This document shows, one piece after another, positions 43,072-53,229 of a DNA stretch of 64,000 bases. The DNA lies in NCBI GenBank assembly GCA_965262915.1, contig OZ253564.1, positions 1,472,001-1,536,000 on the forward strand, written 5' to 3'. Each line of letters starts with the position of its first letter. Position 1 is the first letter of the stretch. A program made the translations under genes and the position numbers. Origin of the DNA: Candidatus Spongiisociaceae bacterium (GTDB lineage: Bacteria; Actinomycetota; Acidimicrobiia; Spongiisociales; Spongiisociaceae). Below the pieces are notes generated by a model. That model saw only the letters and a list, made by a program, of their open reading frames with translations, made no database searches and was not told the DNA's origin.

Positions 43072-43716
43072 ATGCAATCAATACCCGGATCGATCGAGGA
43101 CACCCGTCGGGCCTACACCGAACAGCGGGTGGGCGGTGGGCGAGTGGGATTCGGCAAGACGGCGGCGCTCCTACTCGTCGATTTTCAGCACATGTACACG
43201 CAGGGTCGCAGCGGCTGCGGTACTGAAGCTCCGAAGCGCGCTGCAGAGCTCCTACGCGTGTTCAGGACTCGGGGGCTCCCGGTCTTCTTCGTGCGGGTTG
43301 TCTACCAGGCCGACGGTAGCGACCGCAACGTCTGGATCGACAAGGCGCCCGGGCTCTTGGAGAACAGTCCCGGGAGCAAGAACGTCGAGATCGATCCGAT
43401 CGTGGCGCCGCGTGCCGACGAAGCGGTGCTCGACAAGCGGGCTGCATCAGCATTCTTCGGGACGGGACTGGCGGCGCAACTGCGCGAGCGGGGCGTGGAC
43501 ACGGTGATCGTATCCGGTGCCTCGACGTCGGGATGCGTGCGCGCGTCGGTTGTCGATGGCGTGGCGCATGACTTCCGGATGATCGTCCCTCGGGAGTGTG
43601 TTGCCGATCGCTCGGAGTTGGCCCATGAGATGTCGTTATTCGACATCGACTCGAAATATGGGGATGTCGAGGACCTCGAACACGTGCGTAGACAGGTCGA
43701 ACGGATGAGCCCATGA
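43072..43716 (+). CDS. Isochorismatase-family amidohydrolase (N-carbamoylsarcosine amidase / maleamate amidohydrolase-like)
   Basis: LLLVDFQ, K..ASAFFGT, GASTSGCVRASVVD, DIDSKYGDV. Confidence 0.9.
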   Translation: MQSIPGSIEDTRRAYTEQRVGGGRVGFGKTAALLLVDFQHMYTQGRSGCGTEAPKRAAELLRVFRTRGLPVFFVRVVYQADGSDRNVWIDKAPGLLENSPGSKNVEIDPIVAPRADEAVLDKRAASAFFGTGLAAQLRERGVDTVIVSGASTSGCVRASVVDGVAHDFRMIVPRECVADRSELAHEMSLFDIDSKYGDVEDLEHVRRQVERMSP

Positions 43717-43780
43717 CTACGACCCCACGCAAGAACTGCGGCGATGGCGCCCAAGGCTTCGCAGGGCCCGCCAAGCCCTC

Positions 43781-44704
43781 GTGGTGGTAGAGCCGGACAA
43801 TCGTCGGTTCCCTCGGCCGGTGGCCGCTGAGCGGGGGCAACGCTGCCCGGGTCTGGTTGACCACGTCGGCGGTGTTGTTCCCGACCTGACCGCGGCCTCT
43901 GCAACCCTTGATCAAGCTGGTTTCAGCCTCACATTTCCAGCGTCTCTCATGAGACTCGGACGTGACCGGGCAACGATGGTCGAGTCCGGCGGGCGACAGC
44001 GGTGTGTCATGTTCAAGCGGGGATATGTCGAGATCCAGCAGATCGAGGGGAATGCCTTGGATCATCCCCTTGCAGAACGGGTCCACCGCTACCAGGGGCT
44101 CCACGTCCTTGCTCTTGCCACGGCTGATGCCGCGGCGACGGCTCAGCGATGGGCGTCCCGGGGACTGTCTGACGGAGAACTCCACCGGTGGGGGCGGCCT
44201 GCAGGAGGTGCAGGCGGGTTCGCAGAGTTCTCATTCGTTGTCGCACACAAGGCGGCGACGCCGAGTGCCCTCGTCATCGCCACCGAACACCACGATCCCG
44301 ATCTGATCCGCCCGCCCGGGTCGGTCGAGCATCCCAGCGGAGTAGAGGCTCTTCATGAATGCCTTGTTTCCGCATCCGACCCAAACTTCGCGACTGGCAC
44401 TTATGCGGCCTTGACCGGGGTCAATCCTGAGGATGATGGCTTCGGAGGCCGGCAATTCGGCGATGGCCAGGGTTCGTTGACCGTGGGGTCTCCTGATTGG
44501 GTGCGCCGCCGGATCCCCCTCGATCCTGCTGCACCGGATTGCATCGCAGCGGCCGTTCTCTCGGTGGCCGATGCGACTCGCTTTGCAGGAAATGTCAGTT
44601 CAGCCAGCGGGATCGCGCTTGGGAGCCGGGGAGGAGTGGAGTGGTTCTCGCTCTCAGAGATTGGCCTCGTCCTCGGCGCGGTTCAAGGAGATCGGGAGTC
44701 ATGA
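43781..44704 (+). CDS. VOC/glyoxalase-like protein
   Basis: VDHVGGVV.DL..GF, GYVEI, EHPSGV pattern. Confidence 0.7.
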   Translation: MVVEPDNRRFPRPVAAERGQRCPGLVDHVGGVVPDLTAASATLDQAGFSLTFPASLMRLGRDRATMVESGGRQRCVMFKRGYVEIQQIEGNALDHPLAERVHRYQGLHVLALATADAAATAQRWASRGLSDGELHRWGRPAGGAGGFAEFSFVVAHKAATPSALVIATEHHDPDLIRPPGSVEHPSGVEALHECLVSASDPNFATGTYAALTGVNPEDDGFGGRQFGDGQGSLTVGSPDWVRRRIPLDPAAPDCIAAAVLSVADATRFAGNVSSASGIALGSRGGVEWFSLSEIGLVLGAVQGDRES

Positions 44705-44740
44705 ACCGCTGCGGCATGAAGATCCTCGAGGACTACCGCC

Positions 44741-45544
44741 ATGAAGGGAGGGTCGGGCGTGACTGACGAGCAGCACCCTCTGCCTGCCGCCGCCCGGCAG
44801 CAGGCAGAACCAGGTCTTCGACGACGCGTGACTTCCCGCGCAGAGCCCGATCGCAGTCAACCCCGCTCGAAGGGCTTCGCCGACCTGGTTGGCCCGGTGC
44901 CGGCGGCAACTGCCCTCGACGCCCTGCGGGAGGCAATCGTCCGAGGTGAATACGGCCCAGGACACCAGCTCAAAGAGAAGGAGCTCTCCGCCCGACTAGC
45001 CGTGAGCCGAACACCTATTCGCGAAGCCCTCCGCCAGCTCCAATCCGAAGGCCTGGCGGAATACCGGCCGAACCGAGGCGTCTTCATACCCGAGTGGTCG
45101 GCAAGCGACCGGGAGGAGATCTTCGCTTTGCGGTTTCGGCTTGAGCCGTATGCGGCCGAACTGGCTGCTCTGGCGATCGCGCCGGAGCAGCTCGACCAAC
45201 TGAGGCAGATGGCCCAGGCCATGGAAGCAGCAACCGATTCCGATGACCCGGATCGCTTTGACCAGATCTCCCTGGTCAACAATCACTTCCACCGCCTGTT
45301 GGCGGCAGCTTCCGGAAGTACCCGCCTCGCTGCGATGCTCGCCTCGCTGCTCAATGTCCCGCTGATGCACAGGGCCTTCTCCGCATACGAGGAGGATGCT
45401 GTGATCCGGTCAAACGCCCATCACCGGGAGATCATCGACGCCTTCAGTGTCCGGGATCCTGACTGGGCCGCGGCGGTCGTTCGCGCTCACGTGCGCATCG
45501 CTCGCAACTTCCTGCAGGCCACCAGAGGGGGAGCGACCAGATGA
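44741..45544 (+). CDS. GntR (FCD) family transcriptional regulator
   Basis: LSARLAVSRTPIREALRQLQSEGL; NNHFH..H.EIIDA. Confidence 0.92.
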   Translation: MKGGSGVTDEQHPLPAAARQQAEPGLRRRVTSRAEPDRSQPRSKGFADLVGPVPAATALDALREAIVRGEYGPGHQLKEKELSARLAVSRTPIREALRQLQSEGLAEYRPNRGVFIPEWSASDREEIFALRFRLEPYAAELAALAIAPEQLDQLRQMAQAMEAATDSDDPDRFDQISLVNNHFHRLLAAASGSTRLAAMLASLLNVPLMHRAFSAYEEDAVIRSNAHHREIIDAFSVRDPDWAAAVVRAHVRIARNFLQATRGGATR

Positions 45545-46461
45545 CGTCGATTCGTGATCTCGCCCCGTACAGTCCGATCGTCACCCGACCGCCGATCACC
45601 TGGCCCAACGGTGCCCGTCTCGCCTTGTGGATCGTCCCCAACATCGAGTTCTACGAGTTCGATCCACCTCCCGCAGTGGGTCGGGAGACCTGGGACCGCG
45701 TCCCGTCCTATCCCGACGTTCGCGAGTACTCCTTTCGGGACTACGGCAATCGGGTCGGTCTTTGGAGGATGCTCGATCTCTTAGACGAATTCCAGGTGAG
45801 AGCGACCGTCTCCCTCAATATCGCCCTGCTCGACCACTTCCCCGAGATCGGCGAGGCGATAGTCGATCGGGGATGGGCGGTGATGAGCCACGGCCTCTAC
45901 AACACGCGCTTCCTCTACGGCATGACGGTGGAAGAGGAGCGGGAGTTCTATCGCGACAACATCGATTCGCTGGCACGCCTGACGGGTCTGCAGCTCAAGG
46001 GGATCCTCACTCCAGCGGTCACCAATACACCACGCACACCGACGCTGATCGCCGAAGCGGGGCTCGTCTACCACGCCGACTGGGTTCACGACGATCAGCC
46101 GGTGCCGATCCTGGTCCCCTCCGGCCGCCTTATCTCGATGCCCTACTCCTACGATCTCAACGATGCGCCTCTCTGGGACGGGAGGCCGTACTCTGCGGAC
46201 TACCTGGTCGACGCCTGCCGGCGCCAGTTCGATCGCCTCTACGCCGAAGGGGAGGCGAACGGGATGGTGATGTGTGTGGCCCTGCACCCGTATCAAATCG
46301 GCCAACCTCATCACGCTGAGGTTCTGCGCGAGATCCTCGACTATCTGTGCGGCAGGGATGACGTCTGGTACGCAACCGGCGACGAGATCGCCGAGTACTA
46401 CCTTCAGAACTACTACGACCTGCACGCGGACCATGCTCGGGAGGTGGCTGATGCCGGCTGA
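45541..46461 (+). CDS. Polysaccharide deacetylase / PuuE-like amidohydrolase
   Basis: WPNGARLALW..NIE, DYGNRVGLWR, SHG, DDQP, ALHPY. Confidence 0.88.
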   Translation: MTSIRDLAPYSPIVTRPPITWPNGARLALWIVPNIEFYEFDPPPAVGRETWDRVPSYPDVREYSFRDYGNRVGLWRMLDLLDEFQVRATVSLNIALLDHFPEIGEAIVDRGWAVMSHGLYNTRFLYGMTVEEEREFYRDNIDSLARLTGLQLKGILTPAVTNTPRTPTLIAEAGLVYHADWVHDDQPVPILVPSGRLISMPYSYDLNDAPLWDGRPYSADYLVDACRRQFDRLYAEGEANGMVMCVALHPYQIGQPHHAEVLREILDYLCGRDDVWYATGDEIAEYYLQNYYDLHADHAREVADAG

Positions 46462-47377
46462 GCGAGGTCACGGCATGGACCACGAGCACTATGGATGGGA
46501 TCCACTTCCCCGAAGGTCCGCCCTGGTCTGGCCCAACGGGGCGACGGTCGCCGTCGTTCCTCTGGTACTCCTCGAAGTGCATGAGGACCCGGTTCCCGAC
46601 TGGCCCCAGTACACCTCAGTCGGCGGTGGCCTGGTAAGGGCCAGTCCGAATATTTCGCGAGTGTCGACACGCGAGTACGGGCATCGCGTTGGGATCTTCC
46701 GGATGATCGAGGCCCTGCGCGCCTGCAGCATCCGGCCCACGGTGGCCATAGACGCACTCAGTGCCGAGTTGTACCCGTTCCTCGTCCGATGGCTCTCCGA
46801 TGCGGGCTCCGAGTTCATAGCACACGGCATTTCGGTGAATCGCCCGCTCCATGGGGCGATGACCGAGGTGGAGGAGCGGCACTACATCTCAGAGACGCTG
46901 GACCGATTGGCGGCGGCGGGGGTGGAGACGACCGGATGGCTCGGACCGGAGTATGGAGAATCGATGCGCACCCCCCAGATACTCGACGAGCTCGGCATCT
47001 CCTACGTGTGCGATTGGTGCAACGACGAACAGCCCTACCAGATGTCGACGGCCAATGGTCTCGTTGCGCTTCCCCTCCTTGCCGACCTGGACGATCAGAC
47101 AACACTGATCGGCCGCATGGCGGATCTCCAGGCCTACGGGCGTCACTTGGAGCGATGTGTCGTCGCCCTCGCCCGCGACGGTTCCCAAGCGGGCCGGGTG
47201 ATGGCCTTCGCCGTCAGGCCGTGGGTGATGGGCCAGCCGTTCCGAATCGGGGTCTTCGAGAAGTTTCTGGCGGTTGGAGTGGCGACCCCAGGAGTGTGGT
47301 TTGCCAGATCCGGCGAGGTGGTGACGGTGTGGCGGGAAACTCGAACGTCGCAGCCGGCGGCAGGACGTGGCCGGTGA
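46451..47377 (+). CDS. Second polysaccharide deacetylase / PuuE-like paralogue
   Basis: WPNGATVA, EYGHRVGIFR, AHG, GWLGPE, NDEQPY. ATG 46451. Confidence 0.85.
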   Translation: MPAERGHGMDHEHYGWDPLPRRSALVWPNGATVAVVPLVLLEVHEDPVPDWPQYTSVGGGLVRASPNISRVSTREYGHRVGIFRMIEALRACSIRPTVAIDALSAELYPFLVRWLSDAGSEFIAHGISVNRPLHGAMTEVEERHYISETLDRLAAAGVETTGWLGPEYGESMRTPQILDELGISYVCDWCNDEQPYQMSTANGLVALPLLADLDDQTTLIGRMADLQAYGRHLERCVVALARDGSQAGRVMAFAVRPWVMGQPFRIGVFEKFLAVGVATPGVWFARSGEVVTVWRETRTSQPAAGRGR

Positions 47378-47775
47378 GCGAACGAGTCGACATTGTGGAT
47401 GTGAGTCCGCGTGACGGGCTTCAGAACGAACCGGTCCTCCTGACGACTGAGGCGAAGGTCGAGCTGATTGAGCGGCTTGTTGGTGCTGGCCTGAGGCGGA
47501 TCGAGGTGACCGCTTTCGTGAGTCCGAGGGCGCTGCCGGCGATGGCCGATGGTGAGCAGGTGCTCTCCCGGTTGCCTCGTCGCGATGGCCTCCGATATTC
47601 GGCACTGGTGGTCAACGAGCGGGGCGTTGAGCGTGCCGCTGACACTCAGGTTCACGAGTTGAATGCCATTGTCGTGTGCTCGGACACGCTGGGGCAGCGG
47701 AATCAGCGCATGACGACAGCCGAAGCTCTCAGAGCTTGGGACCGCATTGCCGGGATGGTTCGAGACGCTGGTCTA
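47374..47775 (+). pseudogene. HMG-CoA lyase family protein, truncated
   Basis: DVSPRDGLQNE..IEVTAFVSP..N.RG. Homology ends ~47775. Confidence 0.85.
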
Positions 47776-47977
47776 CGCTATCTTCGTCCTCTATCCCGTT
47801 CGGGGTATCCACCAAATGGAGAAGATAATGAGTGAAGTGACCTACCACCTGGGTGAGGGAGTGAATCTCACTCTGGAGATCGAAGCCGACTCCGCCGAAG
47901 AGTTCGACGAACGCACCCGTCGCGTGGATTCCGAGAACGCCTCGAACCTGGAGGCGGCCGCAGCGGAGTCCGAATAG
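47770..47977 (+). pseudogene. C-terminal fragment resembling DUF499 AAA ATPases
   Basis: EV..HLG..LTLEIEA...RRV.SENA.NL pattern. Confidence 0.5.
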
Positions 47978-48174
47978 CCGACATCGGCCTACTGTTCGTC
48001 CCTAGCGCGAGGGAGCGCGACACTTGGCGCGGGCTTCGATCCTCGTGAGAATCTCTCGGCGGTCACGATCCCGCCGTAGCTCGATAAGTAAGACCCAACA
48101 GATTCGCCGAGGTCAGGTCCTCTATGTTCCGAACGCTTCTCTGCCACCAGGCAGGCACTGCGGCATCGGCGGGT

Positions 48175-48570
48175 TCAATGGCCGGGGGTTTCCCGAATGA
48201 CTCCGGGAAACATCGCGAAGTCGTTGTCGTAAGAAACCACCACGGCCTGGAACTCCTGGGCGAGCACCGCCAAGTGCGCATCCATCACCAGGTTTCCGGC
48301 GGAGCCGATCGCGCTCAGAAGGGCCCGAAGCCGCTCGGGATGCGCCGGACCCGGATGCAGGACGACCAGATAGGCGGGCGCCATCCACTCGGCCACGCGG
48401 GAAAGCGCCTGATCGCCGGTCAGTGGACTTGGGAAGAACCTGGGGTTGGTGGTCACCCGCATGAACGTCGGCAGCACCACCCAGGAGACACCTATGGTTT
48501 CGTCGCCGTGCAGAGCACGCCAAAGCCAGTCATGGGCCTCCTGGTGCCTCGGGTCGCCCTCTTTGACTGA
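48175..48570 (-). pseudogene. vapC: VapC (PIN) toxin lacking N-terminus
   Basis: H.EAHDWL..W..L.TFMRVTTNPR..GNLVMDAHLA..SYDNDFAMFPG. Confidence 0.8.
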
Positions 48571-48914
48571 GGAGATCGGAACGTTGCTGCCAACTGTCTC
48601 TACCGAGGGCGTCCAATAGGTTCATGTCATGACCCATGGACTCGAGGATCTGCTCATCCTCCAACAAAACCCACGATCTTGATGTGGTGATGCATTGAGT
48701 CGGGTGAGGTCATGACCTCGTCGAACACCACCAGGCCGGGCGCCGCGTTGCCCGCGGTAAGGGCCGCTCAGCCATTCGCTGCTCCTCGATGATCCCAACG
48801 ACGTGTCAACCAGCCAGATCGCTGCCCGAACTCGATCATCCTCTGGTATTACTTTCGTAATAATCTGAACCGGGATGCTGAGTTGGCCGGCGCCGCCCCT
48901 GTCCTGGTGGGCGG

Positions 48915-50108
48915 TTGTACGTCGGCCCTCTGCTGGTGAGGAGGCGAGGGGTTCGGGTGACGGGTCGCAACGTGGAGCGTGGTTGGAAGTGGCTTGCCGG
49001 TTTCCTCGTCACTGTGGCGATGGTCGGTTTGGGGGCGGCGGTCACCGATACCGAGCCGGGTGCGACCATGTCCACGGTCGCGAGTTCGATAGGTATCACT
49101 GCTACGACACGGACCGAGGCGGCGGTGGCTGCTTCCGCGGGTTCCTCATCGGTAACGACCGTTCCGCAGATGGAAGCTTCACGGGAGGAGGCTGGGCAGA
49201 TCGCTACGGTCACTGCCACAGCGGCCGAGAGTCGGGCCCTTGAGACCACCATGGTCGAGATGGCTGCTGTTTCCGCGGATTCGCTATCGGTTACGACTGT
49301 TCCGCAGGTGGAGTCTCCACCGCAGCAGGCTGCAGAGCCGGCAATTACCACCACAGCCGCCGCCACTCCGGACAGGGTCACATCCGGACGCATCGCCTAC
49401 ACCAAAGCGAGATCGGATGACAGTTTGGCAGGGATCTGGGTGGTGAATCCGTACGGCGCCAACCGACGGCGGCTGGCTGACAGAGGCTGGGCACCGGTGT
49501 GGTCGCCGGACGGGAACCGTATCGTATATAGCGATGGAGGGGTGTGGGTGGTGGATGCGGATGGCGCCGACCCCCAACTGCTGGCTGACGGGGGTTTGGA
49601 TGCGGTGTGGTCGCCGGACGGGAACCACGTCACTTACCTCAGGCTGAGACGGAGCGAGTACGTTGTCGACATTTGGGTGGTGGGTACCGACGGCGGCTAC
49701 CCGCGGAGGCTGGCCAGGAAAGGCAGGCAGCCGGAATGGTCGCCGGACGGGCGGCACATCGCTTACTTCAGAGAGGTTGAGTCTGCTCCTGAGCTTTGGG
49801 TGGTGGGTGCCGACGGCGCCGACCTCCGGTGGCTGACTGACGGTTCGGGTCCGGTGTGGTCGCCCGATGGGAACCGGATTGCTTACACGGACAGAAGGAT
49901 TCGGGTAGTCGATGCCGATGGCGCCAACTCCCGGCAGCTCACCGACGACTATGGCTTGAGTCTGGTGTGGTTGCCCGATGGGACGTATATCGCCTACTCC
50001 ACCGGATGCTATGGTCAACCCGAAGAGGTTTGGGTGGTGGATACCGTGAGCGCCGACTCTTGGCGGCTGGCCGAAGGTGCTTGGAGTCCGGCTTGGTCAC
50101 CCGTGTAG
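48915..50108 (+). CDS. Exported TolB-like (PD40 repeat) beta-propeller protein
   Basis: TM/signal segment, Thr/Ala linker, repeated PVWSPDGNRIAY..VWVVDADG. Start uncertain. Confidence 0.88.
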   Translation: MYVGPLLVRRRGVRVTGRNVERGWKWLAGFLVTVAMVGLGAAVTDTEPGATMSTVASSIGITATTRTEAAVAASAGSSSVTTVPQMEASREEAGQIATVTATAAESRALETTMVEMAAVSADSLSVTTVPQVESPPQQAAEPAITTTAAATPDRVTSGRIAYTKARSDDSLAGIWVVNPYGANRRRLADRGWAPVWSPDGNRIVYSDGGVWVVDADGADPQLLADGGLDAVWSPDGNHVTYLRLRRSEYVVDIWVVGTDGGYPRRLARKGRQPEWSPDGRHIAYFREVESAPELWVVGADGADLRWLTDGSGPVWSPDGNRIAYTDRRIRVVDADGANSRQLTDDYGLSLVWLPDGTYIAYSTGCYGQPEEVWVVDTVSADSWRLAEGAWSPAWSPV

Positions 50109-50140
50109 CGGACCGTGATCAGGACACTCGGCCACACGGC

Positions 50141-51142
50141 CTATTCGACTGTCCAGGTTCCGAGGCTGGTGAGCAGTTTGCCCAGGTCGCCGTTGCCGCG
50201 GGCGGCTTTGGATCGGGTGACCTCGGCGGCGAGGGTGTCGTCGTAGACGGGGCGGTACACGTCGCGGAAGATGCCCAGGGGAGTGGGGCCGTAGGGGCCG
50301 TGGGCGAGGCGGGAGAGGGCGAAGGCTTGGGAGGAGTCATCGTCGTGGGCGTTGTGGACGATGATCTGCGATGGGCTGACCGAGTAGCGGTCGACGATGG
50401 TCGCCCGGCCGCCGTCCCACACCACGGCTTTCTCCTTGTTGGCTCCGAACACGATCGGTTGCCCGTGGACCAGGTCGATCCGGTTGGCGTACCGCTCCTT
50501 CTTGCCGGTCAACTGGATGAAGGCCTTGTCGTTGAACACGTTGCAGTTCTGGTAGATCTCGATCAGCGCCGACCCGCGATGGGCGTGGGCGGCCTTGAGG
50601 ATGGCGGTGGTGTGGTTGCGGTCCATGTCCAGGGTGCGGGCCACGAAGGTGGCTTCGGCTCCGAGCGCCAGGCTCACCGGGTTGAACGGGTAGTCGATGG
50701 ATCCCCCGGGGGACGACTTGGTGGTCTTGCCGGGTTCGGAGGTGGGTGAGTACTGGCCCTTGGTCAGGCCGTAGATCTGGTTGTTGAACAGCAGGATCGT
50801 GAGATCGAGGTTTCGTCGCATGACGTGGATCAGGTGGTTGCCGCCGATCGAGAGCAGGTCCCCGTCACCCCCCACCACCCATACGGACAGTTCAGGGTTG
50901 GCGATGGCCACGCCGGTGGCGATGGCCGGCGCCCGGCCGTGGATGGCGTGCATACCGTAGGTGTTCATGTAATAGGGGAAGCGGGCCGCACATCCGATAC
51001 CGGACACGAACACCACGTTCTCCCGTTTGATGTCGAGGCCGGCCATGAAGTTCTGGACGGCGGCGAGGATCGTGTAGTCCCCGCATCCGGGGCACCAACG
51101 TACCTCTTGGTCGGTCTGGAAATCGACGCGCGTGTAGCTCAT
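50141..51142 (-). CDS. korB: 2-oxoacid:ferredoxin oxidoreductase beta subunit
   Basis: VRWCPGCGDY, SGIGC, IHGRAPA, GDGD..SIGGNH, NNQIYGLTKGQ. Confidence 0.95.
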   Translation of the reverse strand: MSYTRVDFQTDQEVRWCPGCGDYTILAAVQNFMAGLDIKRENVVFVSGIGCAARFPYYMNTYGMHAIHGRAPAIATGVAIANPELSVWVVGGDGDLLSIGGNHLIHVMRRNLDLTILLFNNQIYGLTKGQYSPTSEPGKTTKSSPGGSIDYPFNPVSLALGAEATFVARTLDMDRNHTTAILKAAHAHRGSALIEIYQNCNVFNDKAFIQLTGKKERYANRIDLVHGQPIVFGANKEKAVVWDGGRATIVDRYSVSPSQIIVHNAHDDDSSQAFALSRLAHGPYGPTPLGIFRDVYRPVYDDTLAAEVTRSKAARGNGDLGKLLTSLGTWTVE

Positions 51143-53037
51143 CCTCCGGTCAACTCCATGATCTTGTTGGCTATCTCGTCCGACGTGAACGGGATCCCCT
51201 CCACCTTGTTGTACGAGATGATCGGGGTGACGAATTCGGCCTTGATCATCCTGGAGAGCTGGCCGTTGTTCAACTCGGGTATCAGCACCTGTTCGTAGCT
51301 GCTCAACACGGTGGGCATGTTGGGCGCGAAGGGGCTCAGGTAACGGACCCTGGCATGGGCCACCTTGGCGCCCGCCGTCCGGGCGTTGCCCACCCCCGCC
51401 CGTACTGCCGAGTAGGTCGATCCCCAACTGATCACCAGAAGGTCCGCACCGTCGGGATCGTCGACCTCCACCTCGGGAATGTCGTTGGCGATGTTCGCCA
51501 CCTTCCAGGCCCTGATGTCGGTCATCAACTGGTGGTTGGCGGAATCGTAGGAGACGTTGCCGGTCCCCTCCTCCTTCTCGAGGCCACCTATCCGGTGCTC
51601 GAGGCCGGGCATCCCGGGAATCGCCCACCGGCGGGCCATCGTCCGGAAGTCGCGGACATAGGGCAGGAACCGGTCGCCGGCGTTGGGTCCGGTGGCGAAG
51701 GGAACCTCGATCTTTGGCAGGCTGGCGATGTCGGGCAGCTTCCACGGCTCCGACCCGGTGGCGATGTATCCGTCGGAGAGGAGGATGACCGGGGTCATGT
51801 ACTTGATGGCTATGCGGCATGCCTCGACCGCCACCTCGAAGGCGTCGGAGGGCGACGAGGCCGCCAGGACGGGGAGCGGGGACTCGCCGTGGCGACCCCA
51901 CACGGCCAGGAACAGGTCAGACTGCTCGGGCTTGGTGGGCAGGCCTGTCGACGGGCCGCCCCGCTGCACGTCGACGATGATCATCGGCAGTTCGGTGATG
52001 ATCGCCAGGCTTATCGTCTCGCCTTTCAGCGACAGGCCCGGACCGCTCGTGCCGGTGATGGCCAGGGAGCCGGCGAAGGCCGCCCCCAGAGTCGCTCCCG
52101 CCGCGGCGATCTCGTCCTCGGCCTGGAAGGTCTTCACCCCGAAGTTCCGGTGGCGCACCATCTCGTGGAGGATCTCCGATGCGGGGGTGATCGGGTAGGA
52201 ACCGTAGAACAGGGGCAGCCCGGACAGCTGCGAGCCGGCGATCAGGCCCCACGCCAAGGCCGCGCTGCCGTTGACGTTGGTATAGGTGCCGGGCGGTAGG
52301 GCAGCAGGTCGCACCTCGATCTGGCGGGCGAAGCTCTCGGTGGTTATCCCGTAGTTGTAACCCGCCTTGAGGGCCGCCAGGTTGGCGTTCTTGACGGCTT
52401 CCCTCTTGGCGAACTTCTTCTCCACCCATCGCTTGGTCACCTCGGTGTCACGGCCGAACATCCACAGGAGCAGGCCCACGGCGAGGAAGTTCTTCGAGCG
52501 GAGCACGGCCCGACCGCTCACCCCGGAACCTTTCACGGCCTCCTTGGTGAGGGTTTCCATCGGTACCGAGTGGACGTCATAGGTGTCCAGCGAACCATCC
52601 TCGAGAGGGTTGGACTCGAAGCCCGCTTTGTAGAGGTTGCGCTCGTCGAAGGCCTCGTTGTTGATGATGAGGATCCCGTCCTCGCGCACATCCGCGAGAT
52701 GCACCTTGAGGGCGGCGGGGTTCATCGCCACCAGCACGCCGGGCCGGTCGCCCGGGGTGAGGATGTCCCAGTCGGCTATCTGGATCTGGAAGGACGAGAC
52801 GCCGGGAAGGGTGCCGGCCGGTGCCCGTATCTCGGCGGGGAAGGTGGGCAGGGTGGCCAGATCGTTCCCGAAGATGGCTGCCGCGTCGGTGAAGCGATTA
52901 CCTGCCAGCTGCATGCCGTCGCCCGAGTCGCCTGCGAAGCGGATCACCACCCGGTCTCGATTGTCGACCTTAACGCCTCCGTCGTGCGCGGCGAGGTCGG
53001 GCTTTCCCGGACTGGCTGAGTAGTTCTGGCTATCCAC
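51139..53037 (-). CDS. korA: 2-oxoacid:ferredoxin oxidoreductase alpha subunit
   Basis: RFAGDSGDGMQ, YPITPAS, QAEDEIA, TSGPG, QRGGPSTGLPT. Confidence 0.95.
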   Translation of the reverse strand: MDSQNYSASPGKPDLAAHDGGVKVDNRDRVVIRFAGDSGDGMQLAGNRFTDAAAIFGNDLATLPTFPAEIRAPAGTLPGVSSFQIQIADWDILTPGDRPGVLVAMNPAALKVHLADVREDGILIINNEAFDERNLYKAGFESNPLEDGSLDTYDVHSVPMETLTKEAVKGSGVSGRAVLRSKNFLAVGLLLWMFGRDTEVTKRWVEKKFAKREAVKNANLAALKAGYNYGITTESFARQIEVRPAALPPGTYTNVNGSAALAWGLIAGSQLSGLPLFYGSYPITPASEILHEMVRHRNFGVKTFQAEDEIAAAGATLGAAFAGSLAITGTSGPGLSLKGETISLAIITELPMIIVDVQRGGPSTGLPTKPEQSDLFLAVWGRHGESPLPVLAASSPSDAFEVAVEACRIAIKYMTPVILLSDGYIATGSEPWKLPDIASLPKIEVPFATGPNAGDRFLPYVRDFRTMARRWAIPGMPGLEHRIGGLEKEEGTGNVSYDSANHQLMTDIRAWKVANIANDIPEVEVDDPDGADLLVISWGSTYSAVRAGVGNARTAGAKVAHARVRYLSPFAPNMPTVLSSYEQVLIPELNNGQLSRMIKAEFVTPIISYNKVEGIPFTSDEIANKIMELTGG

Positions 53038-53229
53038 CGGCCTTCACTTCCTCCTGGTCATCGGTCCGAGCTTGTGCGCGTTTTGATAGTACAGTTTCGG
53101 CGCCGCCGGTCCGGTTCTAGCACTGCAAGGCGCGTACAGCCGATTCTACCTCGTCGAGGCGGCAAACCCATAGCCGTACGGGTCACTGATTGTCCGACTC
53201 CCGCTGGCCGGACCGGCGGAAAGGGTCGT

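Noticed and set aside
51143-51901. N-terminal extension of the 586-aa KorB ORF
   Set aside because: Out-of-frame overlap with korA; the true start is ATG 51142.
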